DNA of 64,000 bases from a virus, in IMG/VR virus record IMGVR_UViG_3300042868_010462, positions 32,001-96,000 of that record; one strand, written 5' to 3'. The position numbers were made by a program, and so were the translations under genes. Under the pieces are notes generated by a model. It ran no database searches. It was not told where the DNA came from and saw only the letters and a list, made by a program, of their open reading frames with translations. Shown here in pieces: positions 41,406 to 50,300 of this stretch. Each line of letters opens with the position of its first letter. The stretch's first letter is position 1.

Positions 41406-41786
41406 GGGGGTAATCTGGAATCGACTGACGTTGTTAGTTATTCGGGGCATGCCGGACCTGAACTAAGTCCGTTAAACTGGTTTGAAACGATACACGGCAA
41501 CGTTATCAACAAACTTTCTGCAGTAGGTTTAATCCGTGCTGAAGAAGCAGTAGTAGCCTAGTCAATAGGTTATCACTTTCGAGTCGGGGTGCATTAACTC
41601 AGGAACAGGAGCACTATAGGGTTGTCTAACTAATTCTCATCCCTAAAAATGAATTGGCTGATTTTTTTGGTTTTGGTAGTAATTAAAATCAAATAGCTCG
41701 GAACACTGCGAATAATGTTGTCCTAAGCATGTAGTCCTTAATAGTTAAGATGGACAGGAAGGAGTTCGAATCTCCGTGCCTCCACC
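41406..41786 (+). ncRNA. ssrA: tmRNA
   Basis: 5' GGGGGUA pairs with 3' UGCCUCC-A (G3:U70); GGAAUCGAC, GCAUG..., AAGCAUGUAG, T-arm GGAG-UUCGAAU-CUCC; tag ORF 41496-41561. Confidence 0.95.
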
Positions 41787-41792
41787 GTAGAC

Positions 41793-41823
41793 AAAAAAAC
41801 CCCTCTTTTTAGGAGGGGTTTGT
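41793..41823. terminator. bidirectional intrinsic terminator after tmRNA
   Basis: aaaacccctc / gaggggtttt. Confidence 0.75.
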
Positions 41824-41825
41824 TG

Positions 41826-42194
41826 TTATAATACTTCTTTTTGATTTAATGACTTATCAATTCTTTTGTCTGTGTAACGAATTGAATCATCATATCTATC
41901 ATTCATCATTCTCACTAAGTTATCGGTATTCAACCTTGAATTCTCCTCGATTGTTTCAAACCTACGAAACACGGATTCAAATTCGTGTCTGTAATCATCC
42001 CTTTGACTATCGATACCACGATAAACATTTTCAAATTGTCGTTGAACGTTGTCAAACTCGAATCTATCGTTTTGTTTTATGACAGCAATTTGTCTTTCAA
42101 TTTTACTGACCCTGAACAAACCCCAAACAACAACTCCAACAAATGTTAAAGCAACCATCGAAAGCATACCCAAAGCAAAATAAGTAATTTCCAT
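41826..42194 (-). CDS. membrane-anchored coiled-coil protein
   Basis: N-terminal TM helix followed by coiled coil. Confidence 0.65.
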   Translation of the reverse strand: MEITYFALGMLSMVALTFVGVVVWGLFRVSKIERQIAVIKQNDRFEFDNVQRQFENVYRGIDSQRDDYRHEFESVFRRFETIEENSRLNTDNLVRMMNDRYDDSIRYTDKRIDKSLNQKEVL

Positions 42195-42246
42195 AATAAT
42201 AAATTATTTAATCTTTATGTCCTAAGACATAAAAAATATAATATGA

Positions 42247-42741
42247 TTACTTAAGAAGTAAAAGGATAATTGAAGTGAATCCTACTGTAACCCCACCAAT
42301 ACTTAATCCTGTTAACCACTTGTTTCTGTTCTTAGCTTTCTTAAATTCAGTATTCAGTTCTTTGTACATAGCTTGTTGAGATTCATCAATCTTTTTGTAA
42401 CTACCAATAATTTTGTCCTTCTTTTCAATTTCTTTTCTCAACATATCACTCACACCTTGGGATTGGTCTAATGCAGTTTTGTACTGATTTTTAACCTCAA
42501 GACAATAATCTAATACACCATTACATTCTTTCAATTTACTTGTTACGATTTCTAAGGAATCATGTTCAATTGCTATTTGTATTGCAACCTTTCTATTGAT
42601 TGTAAAAAGTGTATCTCCATCTATAACAACTAAATCTATTTTAGGACTTACGGAATCTTTGTTACTTTTTGCCAAATCTTGTGCGTAAACCATCGAGCAG
42701 CTCATCATTAGTACTATTAGTAATAGCTTCAATCTTAACAT
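42247..42741 (-). CDS. secreted coiled-coil protein with C-terminal TM; spanin-like
   Basis: Signal peptide (VYA-Q or MSC), coiled coil, C-terminal hydrophobic helix; overlaps the upstream gene. Confidence 0.5.
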   Translation of the reverse strand: MLRLKLLLIVLMMSCSMVYAQDLAKSNKDSVSPKIDLVVIDGDTLFTINRKVAIQIAIEHDSLEIVTSKLKECNGVLDYCLEVKNQYKTALDQSQGVSDMLRKEIEKKDKIIGSYKKIDESQQAMYKELNTEFKKAKNRNKWLTGLSIGGVTVGFTSIILLLLK

Positions 42742-43018
42742 TGTTTTGAATTTTTAGTTGGTTTATTTTTGTTGATAAGTTTGACTCACTAATTCTAATA
42801 CCAGTAGTAAGTGCATTTAGTTGGGATTCCATAGTTTCCCTTTCAGTTTTCATAACTTCCAATTCTTTATATAAAGAATCAATAGCTTTTCTTTCAGCAT
42901 CTATTAGTTGTTGGTGGAGATTTCTAGTTTCCTTTGCGTTATAACTTATCAAATAACCCAAACCCATTCCAATAAACAAAATAGACGCCACAATAATTAA
43001 GGTGTGTTTCCAATTCAT
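42662..43018 (-). CDS. i-spanin (Rz)-like protein
   Basis: N-terminal TM plus long coiled coil, overlapping the downstream partner. Confidence 0.5.
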   Translation of the reverse strand: MNWKHTLIIVASILFIGMGLGYLISYNAKETRNLHQQLIDAERKAIDSLYKELEVMKTERETMESQLNALTTGIRISESNLSTKINQLKIQNNVKIEAITNSTNDELLDGLRTRFGKK

Positions 43019-43151
43019 ATTATTTAGTTTTTTTATAATTATAATTTTAACAAAAAATTTTTCAACACCATTTGACTTCTTAAAGTTTAATGCGTATTTA
43101 TTAAGTGTTTAATAACTAAATCAAATTAAAATCTTAAATTTTTTAGACAAA

Positions 43152-43316
43152 ATGAGAAAATTACTTTTTGGAACAATCGTTGTTCTTAGCACTGTTCTTG
43201 CTTCTTGTGGAACTACTGCAGCTACTGAAGAAAAAACTACAACTACAGATTCTACAGCCGTTGAAACTACTACAGTTACAACTCCATCTGTTGATTCAGC
43301 TAAAGTTGAGAAATAG
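43152..43316 (+). CDS. 54-aa Thr-rich lipoprotein (missed by the ORF track)
   Basis: MRKLLFGTIVVLSTVLASC lipobox; DST and DSA motifs; upstream TATTTATT, downstream terminator. Confidence 0.8.
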   Translation: MRKLLFGTIVVLSTVLASCGTTAATEEKTTTTDSTAVETTTVTTPSVDSAKVEK

Positions 43317-43337
43317 TTATAATTTCTTACAAAAAAT

Positions 43338-43369
43338 AAATCCCCACTTTTTAAGATGGGGATTTTTTT
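43338..43369. terminator. bidirectional intrinsic terminator
   Basis: aaatcccca / tggggattt. Confidence 0.7.
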
Positions 43370-44012
43370 ATTTTATAAGTTGTTTAATTCTTTGCACTTC
43401 CTCTTCTAAATTTTCTTTTTCTGCTTTTTTCCTTTTCATTCTATTTTGAAGATAAGTACCAGCCATTCCTAATAAATGAAAGGGGACTAAACCAACATCT
43501 AGTAAAGAAAGTTTACCAGGTTCATAAGTTTTTAAACCAGGTACATATTTTTCTTTCTTATTTTTTTCTTTTTGTTTTTCGAATTTATCTGAAGTTTCTT
43601 TGTCTTTAATTTGGATTTCCTTTTCTTTTGATACATTTTTTTCTTGTTTAGGTTCTGTTCTAAGATTTACACTACCAGTGAAGAATGGTGTTATCAATTG
43701 TTCCAAATTACCTGAATCTACAATTTCCATACTGAAAGGACTTGAACTTGTTTTACCTATAATTTCCCCCATTCTTACAGTATCCCCATTAGATTTATAT
43801 ATGTCACCTAATTCATAAAATTTAGTAGTATAAGTGTCTTTTGAAAAAAAGTGTTTAATTTTAACTAGTCCCTTCTTCTTATCAACACCATAAATCTTTC
43901 CATCAAAAGGGGCGTAAACATCAACACCATTTCTATAAGGGGTATAAGTCCATCTTTTGAATTTACTTGTATCTAAATTAGCATCTGTTGTTGGGGGATA
44001 AAATTTTACCAT
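43368..44012 (-). CDS. degenerate M23 peptidase-fold protein
   Basis: GVD.YAPFDGKI, VKIKH, GD.V..GE.IG; zinc-ligand histidines absent. Confidence 0.6.
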   Translation of the reverse strand: MVKFYPPTTDANLDTSKFKRWTYTPYRNGVDVYAPFDGKIYGVDKKKGLVKIKHFFSKDTYTTKFYELGDIYKSNGDTVRMGEIIGKTSSSPFSMEIVDSGNLEQLITPFFTGSVNLRTEPKQEKNVSKEKEIQIKDKETSDKFEKQKEKNKKEKYVPGLKTYEPGKLSLLDVGLVPFHLLGMAGTYLQNRMKRKKAEKENLEEEVQRIKQLIK

Positions 44013-44016
44013 AAAT

Positions 44017-44622
44017 TTATTGTTTTAAATGATTCATCAAAACCCCACCTAAAGAACTTGCATGAACTGCGAGGTGATTTATGGTTTCCATATCCAATTT
44101 TGTTTTTCTCTTGGTAAAATCAATTCCTAGTGTACCAATGAATTTATTATCAATTGTTTTGATTGCGAAAATATATTGAGATTTACAAGCCGTTTCTTCG
44201 GCAATATACTTCAACCCATAAGTTGCAATTGTTTCATCCTTAAAATCAACAATTTCAATAACATCATTTTCGAATAACTGATTGATTGATTTGGTGAAGA
44301 GGTTTACAGGTAGGTTTTTGAAGGTATTTTGTTTTGAGGTGGCGTTAGGACCGACAGCTTCATAAATCATACTGAATTTGGCCATAGATTTGCCCGTAGG
44401 ATAAAAATTACCACCATTATGAAACTGAGTAACCCAAACTCTATCACAATTGATTTCTTCCCTGATGTGTTCGATTTTTGACATTACCAACTCCCCAACT
44501 TTAAGGGCATCGTGTAACATATCAGGTTTTTTCTTTTTCTTATCTAATAGATTTTTAACATATAACAATGTCACAGGTCCCATCACCCCTGTTATAAACG
44601 CTACAATAATATCTGATGACAT
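44017..44622 (-). CDS. T4 gpT-like holin (N-terminal TM plus GAF-like domain)
   Basis: Single TM; DRVWVTQFHNGG..., FIGTLGIDF; lies upstream of the spanin-like genes. Confidence 0.55.
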   Translation of the reverse strand: MSSDIIVAFITGVMGPVTLLYVKNLLDKKKKKPDMLHDALKVGELVMSKIEHIREEINCDRVWVTQFHNGGNFYPTGKSMAKFSMIYEAVGPNATSKQNTFKNLPVNLFTKSINQLFENDVIEIVDFKDETIATYGLKYIAEETACKSQYIFAIKTIDNKFIGTLGIDFTKRKTKLDMETINHLAVHASSLGGVLMNHLKQ

Positions 44623-44699
44623 AAGGTTAAATATTTTTAGTTATTATAAACAATAAATATTAACCTTAAATAAAAAAAGTACAACACTAAGTTGTACTT

Positions 44700-45113
44700 C
44701 TATAATTTTGCTTGGAAATCACTTAATAATTCTTTTGTGAACTCAATTCCGTGTCGTTCTTGGAATGTACTTGTTAATCTATCTGTTGACAATCCTTGTT
44801 TTTTTAGTAGAAGATAAGCCATTAAGTCAGCATCAATTTCATCCTCATCATATCTGTTACCACCAGTGTGGCCTAAGATTAAGTGGGAGACTTCGTGTGC
44901 CTCAACGAATCGTAAATCATCAAAAGTCAAATCGGTATCAACAAAAAGTTCACCATCAATCATAATAGTTTTTGTCTTTGGGTAATAAAAACCAAAACCA
45001 TATTTGTCAAATAATCTTGTCATCATATCGTAATTCTCATTTTCTTTGAAAATTACAGAGATGGTAACATCATCAACAAAAACACTCGGATATGATATGA
45101 TATCTTGATTCAT
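44700..45113 (-). CDS. HExxH metallopeptidase-like (ImmA/IrrE-type)
   Basis: AHEVSH...EIDAD. Confidence 0.65.
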   Translation of the reverse strand: MNQDIISYPSVFVDDVTISVIFKENENYDMMTRLFDKYGFGFYYPKTKTIMIDGELFVDTDLTFDDLRFVEAHEVSHLILGHTGGNRYDEDEIDADLMAYLLLKKQGLSTDRLTSTFQERHGIEFTKELLSDFQAKL

Positions 45114-45189
45114 TTCTATTTTAATTTACACCACCCAAAACAAACTTTACCGAATGTTATTTTGGAAATGAAATTACAGATAAATTTTT

Positions 45190-45495
45190 TCATAATTCTT
45201 TTTCTTGATAAATATTACGGTCTGCGAATTTCAAACCATAATTCAAACCAATCATTGCCATTTGTCTCTTAGCAAAATCTTCGGTCATCTTCATCTTTTT
45301 CTTAACTTCTTTCACACCCCACTTTTGCCATTGGTCATATTGGTCTTCAGTTATTGTCCATTGAGCATACCAATCATCTTTTCTATCTTTGATATCTTCG
45401 AATGTAACATTATGACCTGCAAATTCGAACATCTTGTTAATGATGTCTATTAGTAATTGTTCTTTTTTTTGTTCGTATGATAATCTCTTAGCCAT
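45190..45495 (-). CDS. hypothetical protein
   Basis: ORF. Confidence 0.65.
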   Translation of the reverse strand: MAKRLSYEQKKEQLLIDIINKMFEFAGHNVTFEDIKDRKDDWYAQWTITEDQYDQWQKWGVKEVKKKMKMTEDFAKRQMAMIGLNYGLKFADRNIYQEKEL

Positions 45496-45515
45496 AGTAA
45501 TAATTATTTTAATTG

Positions 45516-45995
45516 TTATGAAAAATCAGTATAAGGTGCAACTCTTAAACCATCAATATATTGTTCTTTTTTTTCAAAATCGTGGGAGTATTGACGAGGA
45601 TGTTGTCTACGATATGTTTCCCCATCCAATCCATCAGGTTGTCCCCATTCTAAGGCCATTTTGATGAACTCCTCAACATCCATTTCTTTACCATATTCAT
45701 CAACTATTCTACCAGTTCGTATGAAGTTAAATAATTCCTCTTTGTTTGAATAATATTTGTTATCATTAAAATTCCATAAGAATTTCCATCCACTACTTCT
45801 TTTACCCAAGTGAATTGATGTGTCTTCAACAAACTTATCCCAATAAGAAATTTGTTCAGATTTATCATCAATTATTTTAAATTTATATATAATTGAGGAT
45901 GAAGATATATCTATATTTTTAATATCCTCAATAAGTTTAGATTTCTTTTCACCCATTTCTCGGACACTTGGTATTCTGTAGTAATTTGTTCCCAT
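45516..45995 (-). CDS. conserved phage hypothetical protein
   Basis: MGTNYY...IHLGKRSSGWKF...IVDEYG; TAnnTTTG at 46019-46026. Confidence 0.75.
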   Translation of the reverse strand: MGTNYYRIPSVREMGEKKSKLIEDIKNIDISSSSIIYKFKIIDDKSEQISYWDKFVEDTSIHLGKRSSGWKFLWNFNDNKYYSNKEELFNFIRTGRIVDEYGKEMDVEEFIKMALEWGQPDGLDGETYRRQHPRQYSHDFEKKEQYIDGLRVAPYTDFS

Positions 45996-46075
45996 TGTGA
46001 TATTGTTTTATTGTCTTACAAAAATAAAAAAACCCATTCTAATTTCAAAATCAAAATGGGTTTTTTTTAAAAATT

Positions 46076-46381
46076 TTATTGGGAAACTCTGAAAGACCAA
46101 TCTATTTCCCACTCTCTTTGACCACCACCATAACCTGTGTCGAAATAGATACCAACCATACTACATAAATGTTCAATTTCACGAACTTTACCTAAGTCAC
46201 CTTCACACTGAAGACCTAAACAAATAGTTTTCCATTCTGTTGAGGGTAATCTATCTGGTCTGTTATATTTTTCTTTTGTTTCAGGTGTTACTATAGAATC
46301 TTTGATTAATACTTCTATTCCTTGTTCTTTTAGTTCATCAACTTTCTTCATTAGAAAGTCATATGCTTCATTGATATTCAT
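46076..46381 (-). CDS. hypothetical protein
   Basis: ORF ending GIYFDTG.GGG.REWEIDWS. Confidence 0.7.
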   Translation of the reverse strand: MNINEAYDFLMKKVDELKEQGIEVLIKDSIVTPETKEKYNRPDRLPSTEWKTICLGLQCEGDLGKVREIEHLCSMVGIYFDTGYGGGQREWEIDWSFRVSQ

Positions 46382-46637
46382 TTTTCTTTAAAATTTCTAT
46401 TAAACTATCTAAATTACTGCTATTAAAAAAATGTTTTTCAAACCCCTCATTTTCGAAATGTATAAATAACAATACTTCATCTTGTGGAAAAACATCTAAT
46501 ACAATCTTTCCGTTTCCAAAACTGAAGTTTATCTGTAGTTCATCATCGAAATTGATTTGAGTACCATATTCCTCTTTGAGGTGTGGTTTAATTTTATTCC
46601 AAACTTCGAGCTGAAACTTTGTTAAGTTGTGTATCAT
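46368..46637 (-). CDS. hypothetical protein
   Basis: ORF. Confidence 0.6.
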   Translation of the reverse strand: MIHNLTKFQLEVWNKIKPHLKEEYGTQINFDDELQINFSFGNGKIVLDVFPQDEVLLFIHFENEGFEKHFFNSSNLDSLIEILKKNEYQ

Positions 46638-46728
46638 GCTTTTCTGTTATTTCTAATTCGTAAAGCTAAAATTATAAAAAGGGATGTAAGAATGCTTGCC
46701 ATAATAATGTTGTAGGTATCCATAAATA

Positions 46729-46989
46729 TTATAATTTATTGAAATCTTCCCTCATTTTTGAGAGTTGGTATTCCGTTGTTTTTCTTTCACTATCTAAGAT
46801 TGATTTGATAAAATCATCACCACCTAACTTGATAAAACGATTGATTTTAAAGTTACAAGTTGATGTCCCCTTTATCTCCATTTCCAATTTTTTTGACTCA
46901 ATTAAGTTATTGATTGTTGATAACTTGAACTCCAAATTAACTATTGTTTCTTTGAGTTTTTTTATCTCATTGTATTTTTCTTCTGTCAT
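46729..46989 (-). CDS. hypothetical protein
   Basis: ORF. Confidence 0.6.
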   Translation of the reverse strand: MTEEKYNEIKKLKETIVNLEFKLSTINNLIESKKLEMEIKGTSTCNFKINRFIKLGGDDFIKSILDSERKTTEYQLSKMREDFNKL

Positions 46990-46995
46990 AATATT

Positions 46996-47487
46996 TTATA
47001 CTAATTGTAAGTTATTTTCTTCACAAAACCAATAGGGAACATCACGATTTTTCCAAGAAACAAAATCTTTTTTTGCACCAATATAATAGTTTCTATATGA
47101 TTGAATTACATCTTTAACCTTATATTCATCAGGCATTGCTTTGGGTGGTTCAGTGAAATCCTTATCCTTTACATTAATTGGATTCATTACACACCATTCA
47201 ATAACATCTTGTGATTTATGTCTTTTACCATAACGATAAGTGTATTCTTTACACAACTCCAACCCCAATTCACATAGGTAATAATAGTTAGATAATGACT
47301 CTCTAACCCATATTGAACAGGGGTGGTTTTTGTGTGATAATTTATATGGAATATCTAAACCTGAGTTTGTAACATGGTGAGCACCACACAAAAGTTGAGC
47401 CGCCTCCAATAGTTGTTTAACACAATGTTTATCACAATGATATCTTGCACACTTGATGACATCATAATCCAATAAAAAAATATTCAT
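46996..47487 (-). CDS. pyrimidine-dimer DNA glycosylase/endonuclease V-related family
   Basis: MNIF.LD....CA..HCDKH.VK..LE.AQLL; H.NHPC..W; EY..RYGK.H; YR.YY. Confidence 0.8.
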   Translation of the reverse strand: MNIFLLDYDVIKCARYHCDKHCVKQLLEAAQLLCGAHHVTNSGLDIPYKLSHKNHPCSIWVRESLSNYYYLCELGLELCKEYTYRYGKRHKSQDVIEWCVMNPINVKDKDFTEPPKAMPDEYKVKDVIQSYRNYYIGAKKDFVSWKNRDVPYWFCEENNLQLV

Positions 47488-47508
47488 AAATTGAGTGAAA
47501 ATAATTAA

Positions 47509-48477
47509 TTAATAGCTATACCTTTCAAAACTTTTCAACCCTGATTGACTCAAAACAATATCACCACATTTTATTAAATCCTCAATTATTTTTTTTGGAA
47601 TATATGGCGACTCCTTTTCAGTTATCACAACAAAGTTACTACCATATTTTTTAATTCCCAAACTTAACTTCAAAGAATTATCTTTATAATTCAATAAACT
47701 TGTGGGTTTTATCTCATAGATGGTTTTACCATCCGTAAAATCAGGATAATACATTTTACATCGGTTACCAATATTGTACTCAATACCATATTGATTATTC
47801 TCACAACTTTCATAAACTATACTACAATTATTAATTAAGAATGAAAGTTCCAAAGAACTTCTAAAATATAACCCTTTAAACCAACCATTTAAGTGTTTGG
47901 TGTTCATAGGATAACTTATAAATCTATCTTTATCTTTATTATTGGTATGAAATTGAATTAAAGAATCTTTAATTTTTCTTTTGGTTGTTTCATTATGATA
48001 TATCGTACCATTTCTTTTTTTTGAATCAATTATGTTTTTTTGCCATCCTTCTGTTCTAGGGCTTTTTTTCCCTTTATTACTTTCACTAATTCTAACAGAT
48101 ACCTCAATCATTTTTGATGGATTATCAACTCCAAACTTCTCCATCATTGTTTTTTTTCGTTGTAATTCCTTCTTTTTTTGGTCAGTACTTTCAATTCTTT
48201 TTTTAATAGTTGAATCACTTTGTTTTTTACCTTTCCAAAATCCTCGTTCAATTGATTTGTTTTTATCTCTACACTCCATTGAACAATTTTCCAAATAACC
48301 AACACTAAGATTTCTAAATGATGTCAAATTACCACATACAAAACATTTATCCCCATCAGCTTCCAATATATACTTGTCATAGTAATCTTTTGATGATATA
48401 TTATGTTTTGAGTTAAAGTGTGATGATAGAGCTTTTGGATTTTTGAACTCACAATCACATATTTTACATTTTTCCAT
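47509..48477 (-). CDS. homing endonuclease (C2H2/NUMOD3-like N-terminus plus TnsA-like PD-(D/E)XK)
   Basis: CKIC..H...H; basic repeats; FRSSLE, YYPDF, YEIKP. Confidence 0.8.
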   Translation of the reverse strand: MEKCKICDCEFKNPKALSSHFNSKHNISSKDYYDKYILEADGDKCFVCGNLTSFRNLSVGYLENCSMECRDKNKSIERGFWKGKKQSDSTIKKRIESTDQKKKELQRKKTMMEKFGVDNPSKMIEVSVRISESNKGKKSPRTEGWQKNIIDSKKRNGTIYHNETTKRKIKDSLIQFHTNNKDKDRFISYPMNTKHLNGWFKGLYFRSSLELSFLINNCSIVYESCENNQYGIEYNIGNRCKMYYPDFTDGKTIYEIKPTSLLNYKDNSLKLSLGIKKYGSNFVVITEKESPYIPKKIIEDLIKCGDIVLSQSGLKSFERYSY

Positions 48478-48560
48478 ATACTTTTTATTATAAATATATA
48501 GATGTTAAGAAAGGTTTCTAAAATCTTTCTGTTAATATGTCTATCAAAAAATATTCATTA

Positions 48561-48983
48561 TTATTTTTCTTGAATGGTGAACGGATGAACTTTCAATTTT
48601 GCGGTTTGTTCCTTATCCAAATGTTTTAAGAAACCATTAATATAATTAACAATATTAGCAGCTCCAACAGGATTGGCGGAGTGAACATATATTTGAGGGA
48701 AAGGACTTGTAAAGTTGTCCATATAGTGACCAACCAACCATTTTGCGGCATCATATCCAGTTTTTTCTTCGATGTTATCATAATCCAATATTCCTTTTTT
48801 AATTACATTTCTAAAATATTCCTCAACCGCAGTATCACCCAAATCGTGGTCAAATGAAATAACATCAACATTGTCCAAACCAAGTTCGTTAATCTTCTTG
48901 ATAAAAGCACCATAGTTTCTAACAACAATCCAATCTTTGTCATCAGGAGTTCTTTCATCATCCAAATAGATTTTATATTTCAT
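48561..48983 (-). CDS. cyclic-phosphate-processing receiver-domain protein
   Basis: IYLDDERTP, ISFDHDLG, TGYD..KWL, VHSANPVG. Confidence 0.85.
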   Translation of the reverse strand: MKYKIYLDDERTPDDKDWIVVRNYGAFIKKINELGLDNVDVISFDHDLGDTAVEEYFRNVIKKGILDYDNIEEKTGYDAAKWLVGHYMDNFTSPFPQIYVHSANPVGAANIVNYINGFLKHLDKEQTAKLKVHPFTIQEK

Positions 48984-49137
48984 AGACCAGTTTTTTGTTT
49001 TTACGAGAATATTGTTTTGAACTTTTATGAACCTTGGTTATAGCAGAATAGCCATGGGGGTTCTTCTCTAAATATACCAATCGTGCACCATTTCCTATTG
49101 CATTGATTGTTATTTGGACTTTATTTTTCGTTTTCAT
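48973..49137 (-). CDS. 54-aa basic protein, ArfA-like C-terminal motif (missed by the ORF track)
   Basis: ...TKVHKSSKQYSRKNKK; TAnnTTTG promoter at 49158-49165. Confidence 0.55.
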   Translation of the reverse strand: MKTKNKVQITINAIGNGARLVYLEKNPHGYSAITKVHKSSKQYSRKNKKLVYEI

Positions 49138-49176
49138 AATATTCTATGTTTGTCCAACAAATATAAAAACAATTTT

Positions 49177-49491
49177 CTATTCGTACAATTTTTTTCTAAC
49201 AAATTCTCCCAAATCAGCATCATTTGGATGATTCAATATTTCTTCCCTCTTTACACAATAAATCTGTTTTGATGGTAAATCATTTGCATCCATTTGATAA
49301 AAATCAACTAACTCAATAACTCTCATCAATTTGTGTGTGGTCTCACCAGTATCCCCCCATTCACTTATAACATGATATTTTTGTTCCCAACCTGAGGGGA
49401 GTATTTTAACTGAGAAAGGTTCAGCTTCACCATGCGGAAATATGGTGGTAATATTTGGTCTTTTTTTAACTACGAGATTCTTATTTTTCAT
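49177..49491 (-). CDS. hypothetical protein
   Basis: ORF ending PND.DLGE.VRK. Confidence 0.65.
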   Translation of the reverse strand: MKNKNLVVKKRPNITTIFPHGEAEPFSVKILPSGWEQKYHVISEWGDTGETTHKLMRVIELVDFYQMDANDLPSKQIYCVKREEILNHPNDADLGEFVRKKLYE

Positions 49492-49696
49492 TGAAAAAAT
49501 GTTTTGATATTAGATAAGAAAATATAAGAATTATAATCTCACAGGTCAACAAGAAACAAATGGAAGTGTCCGCATACGAGTGATTCATAATTATACTTTT
49601 TACTTCCTCAAATTCGAATATATTGAATGTACTAAAATGATAAGCACCTAACATATAAAACATTAGGTTTAATACTAAAACAACACCGATTTTCAT
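49481..49696 (-). CDS. small membrane protein
   Basis: Two hydrophobic segments. Confidence 0.55.
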   Translation of the reverse strand: MKIGVVLVLNLMFYMLGAYHFSTFNIFEFEEVKSIIMNHSYADTSICFLLTCEIIILIFSYLISKHFFNEK

Positions 49697-49724
49697 TTGA
49701 AATATAATTTTTAAGGTAAGTGAA

Positions 49725-49904
49725 TCAATCTCTGTTTCTCATATGAATTGGTAACATCCTATGCGTAGCAACCTTTTTTTTGAGATTTGGACTTTTCATT
49801 TTGTGTCTCAAACTTGCTTGTGGATATGAATGACAGGTAGGTCTTTGAAAGACAACACAAGAGGAAAGTGTTAAAAATAAAAATAGTATTAATATCTTTT
49901 TCAT
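49725..49904 (-). CDS. 59-aa lipoprotein (missed by the ORF track)
   Basis: MKKILILFLFLTLSSC lipobox; TATTTATT upstream. Confidence 0.65.
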   Translation of the reverse strand: MKKILILFLFLTLSSCVVFQRPTCHSYPQASLRHKMKSPNLKKKVATHRMLPIHMRNRD

Positions 49905-49998
49905 TATAATAAATATCCTACAAATCAGTATCTAAAAATCCAAACAAATAAAAAATTAACAGAACTAATAACATTATGTATAACATATAAATTTTTTG

Positions 49999-50075
49999 TA
50001 CCCCCTGAGAGAATCGAACTCTCAATCAAAACATCATCCTAAATGATGCGCGTCTACCTATTCCGCCAAGGGGGT
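49999..50075 (-). tRNA. tRNA-Leu(UAG), short variable region
   Basis: ACCCCCU/AGGGGGU acceptor; loop UU-UAG-GA; UUCGAUU T-loop. Confidence 0.85.
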
Positions 50076-50082
50076 ATTTTTG

Positions 50083-50167
50083 TAGTCGGAGCGGGACTCG
50101 AACCCGCACGAACCTTTCGATTCAAAGGATTTTAAGTCCTTCGTGTCTGCCATTTCACCACCCAACC
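50083..50167 (-). tRNA. tRNA-Leu(UAA)
   Basis: Loop CU-UAA-AA; long variable arm. Confidence 0.92.
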
Positions 50168-50171
50168 AACA

Positions 50172-50300
50172 TTACAATCCAAATCCCACCTTAATGAGAT
50201 AAACCAAACCTAGTACAATTATAGCCAACATCGTACCCGCAAACATCTGTGAAGAAAATTTAATTTGTTCTTCAGTTTTTCCTTGATTTTTGTTTTCCAT
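50172..50300 (-). CDS. 42-aa membrane protein
   Basis: MENKNQGKTEEQ... with C-terminal TM. Confidence 0.5.
   Translation of the reverse strand: MENKNQGKTEEQIKFSSQMFAGTMLAIIVLGLVYLIKVGFGL

Noticed and set aside
43168-43449. Track ORF of 93 aa
   Set aside because: Out-of-frame shadow of the lipoprotein at 43152..43316; it crosses a terminator.
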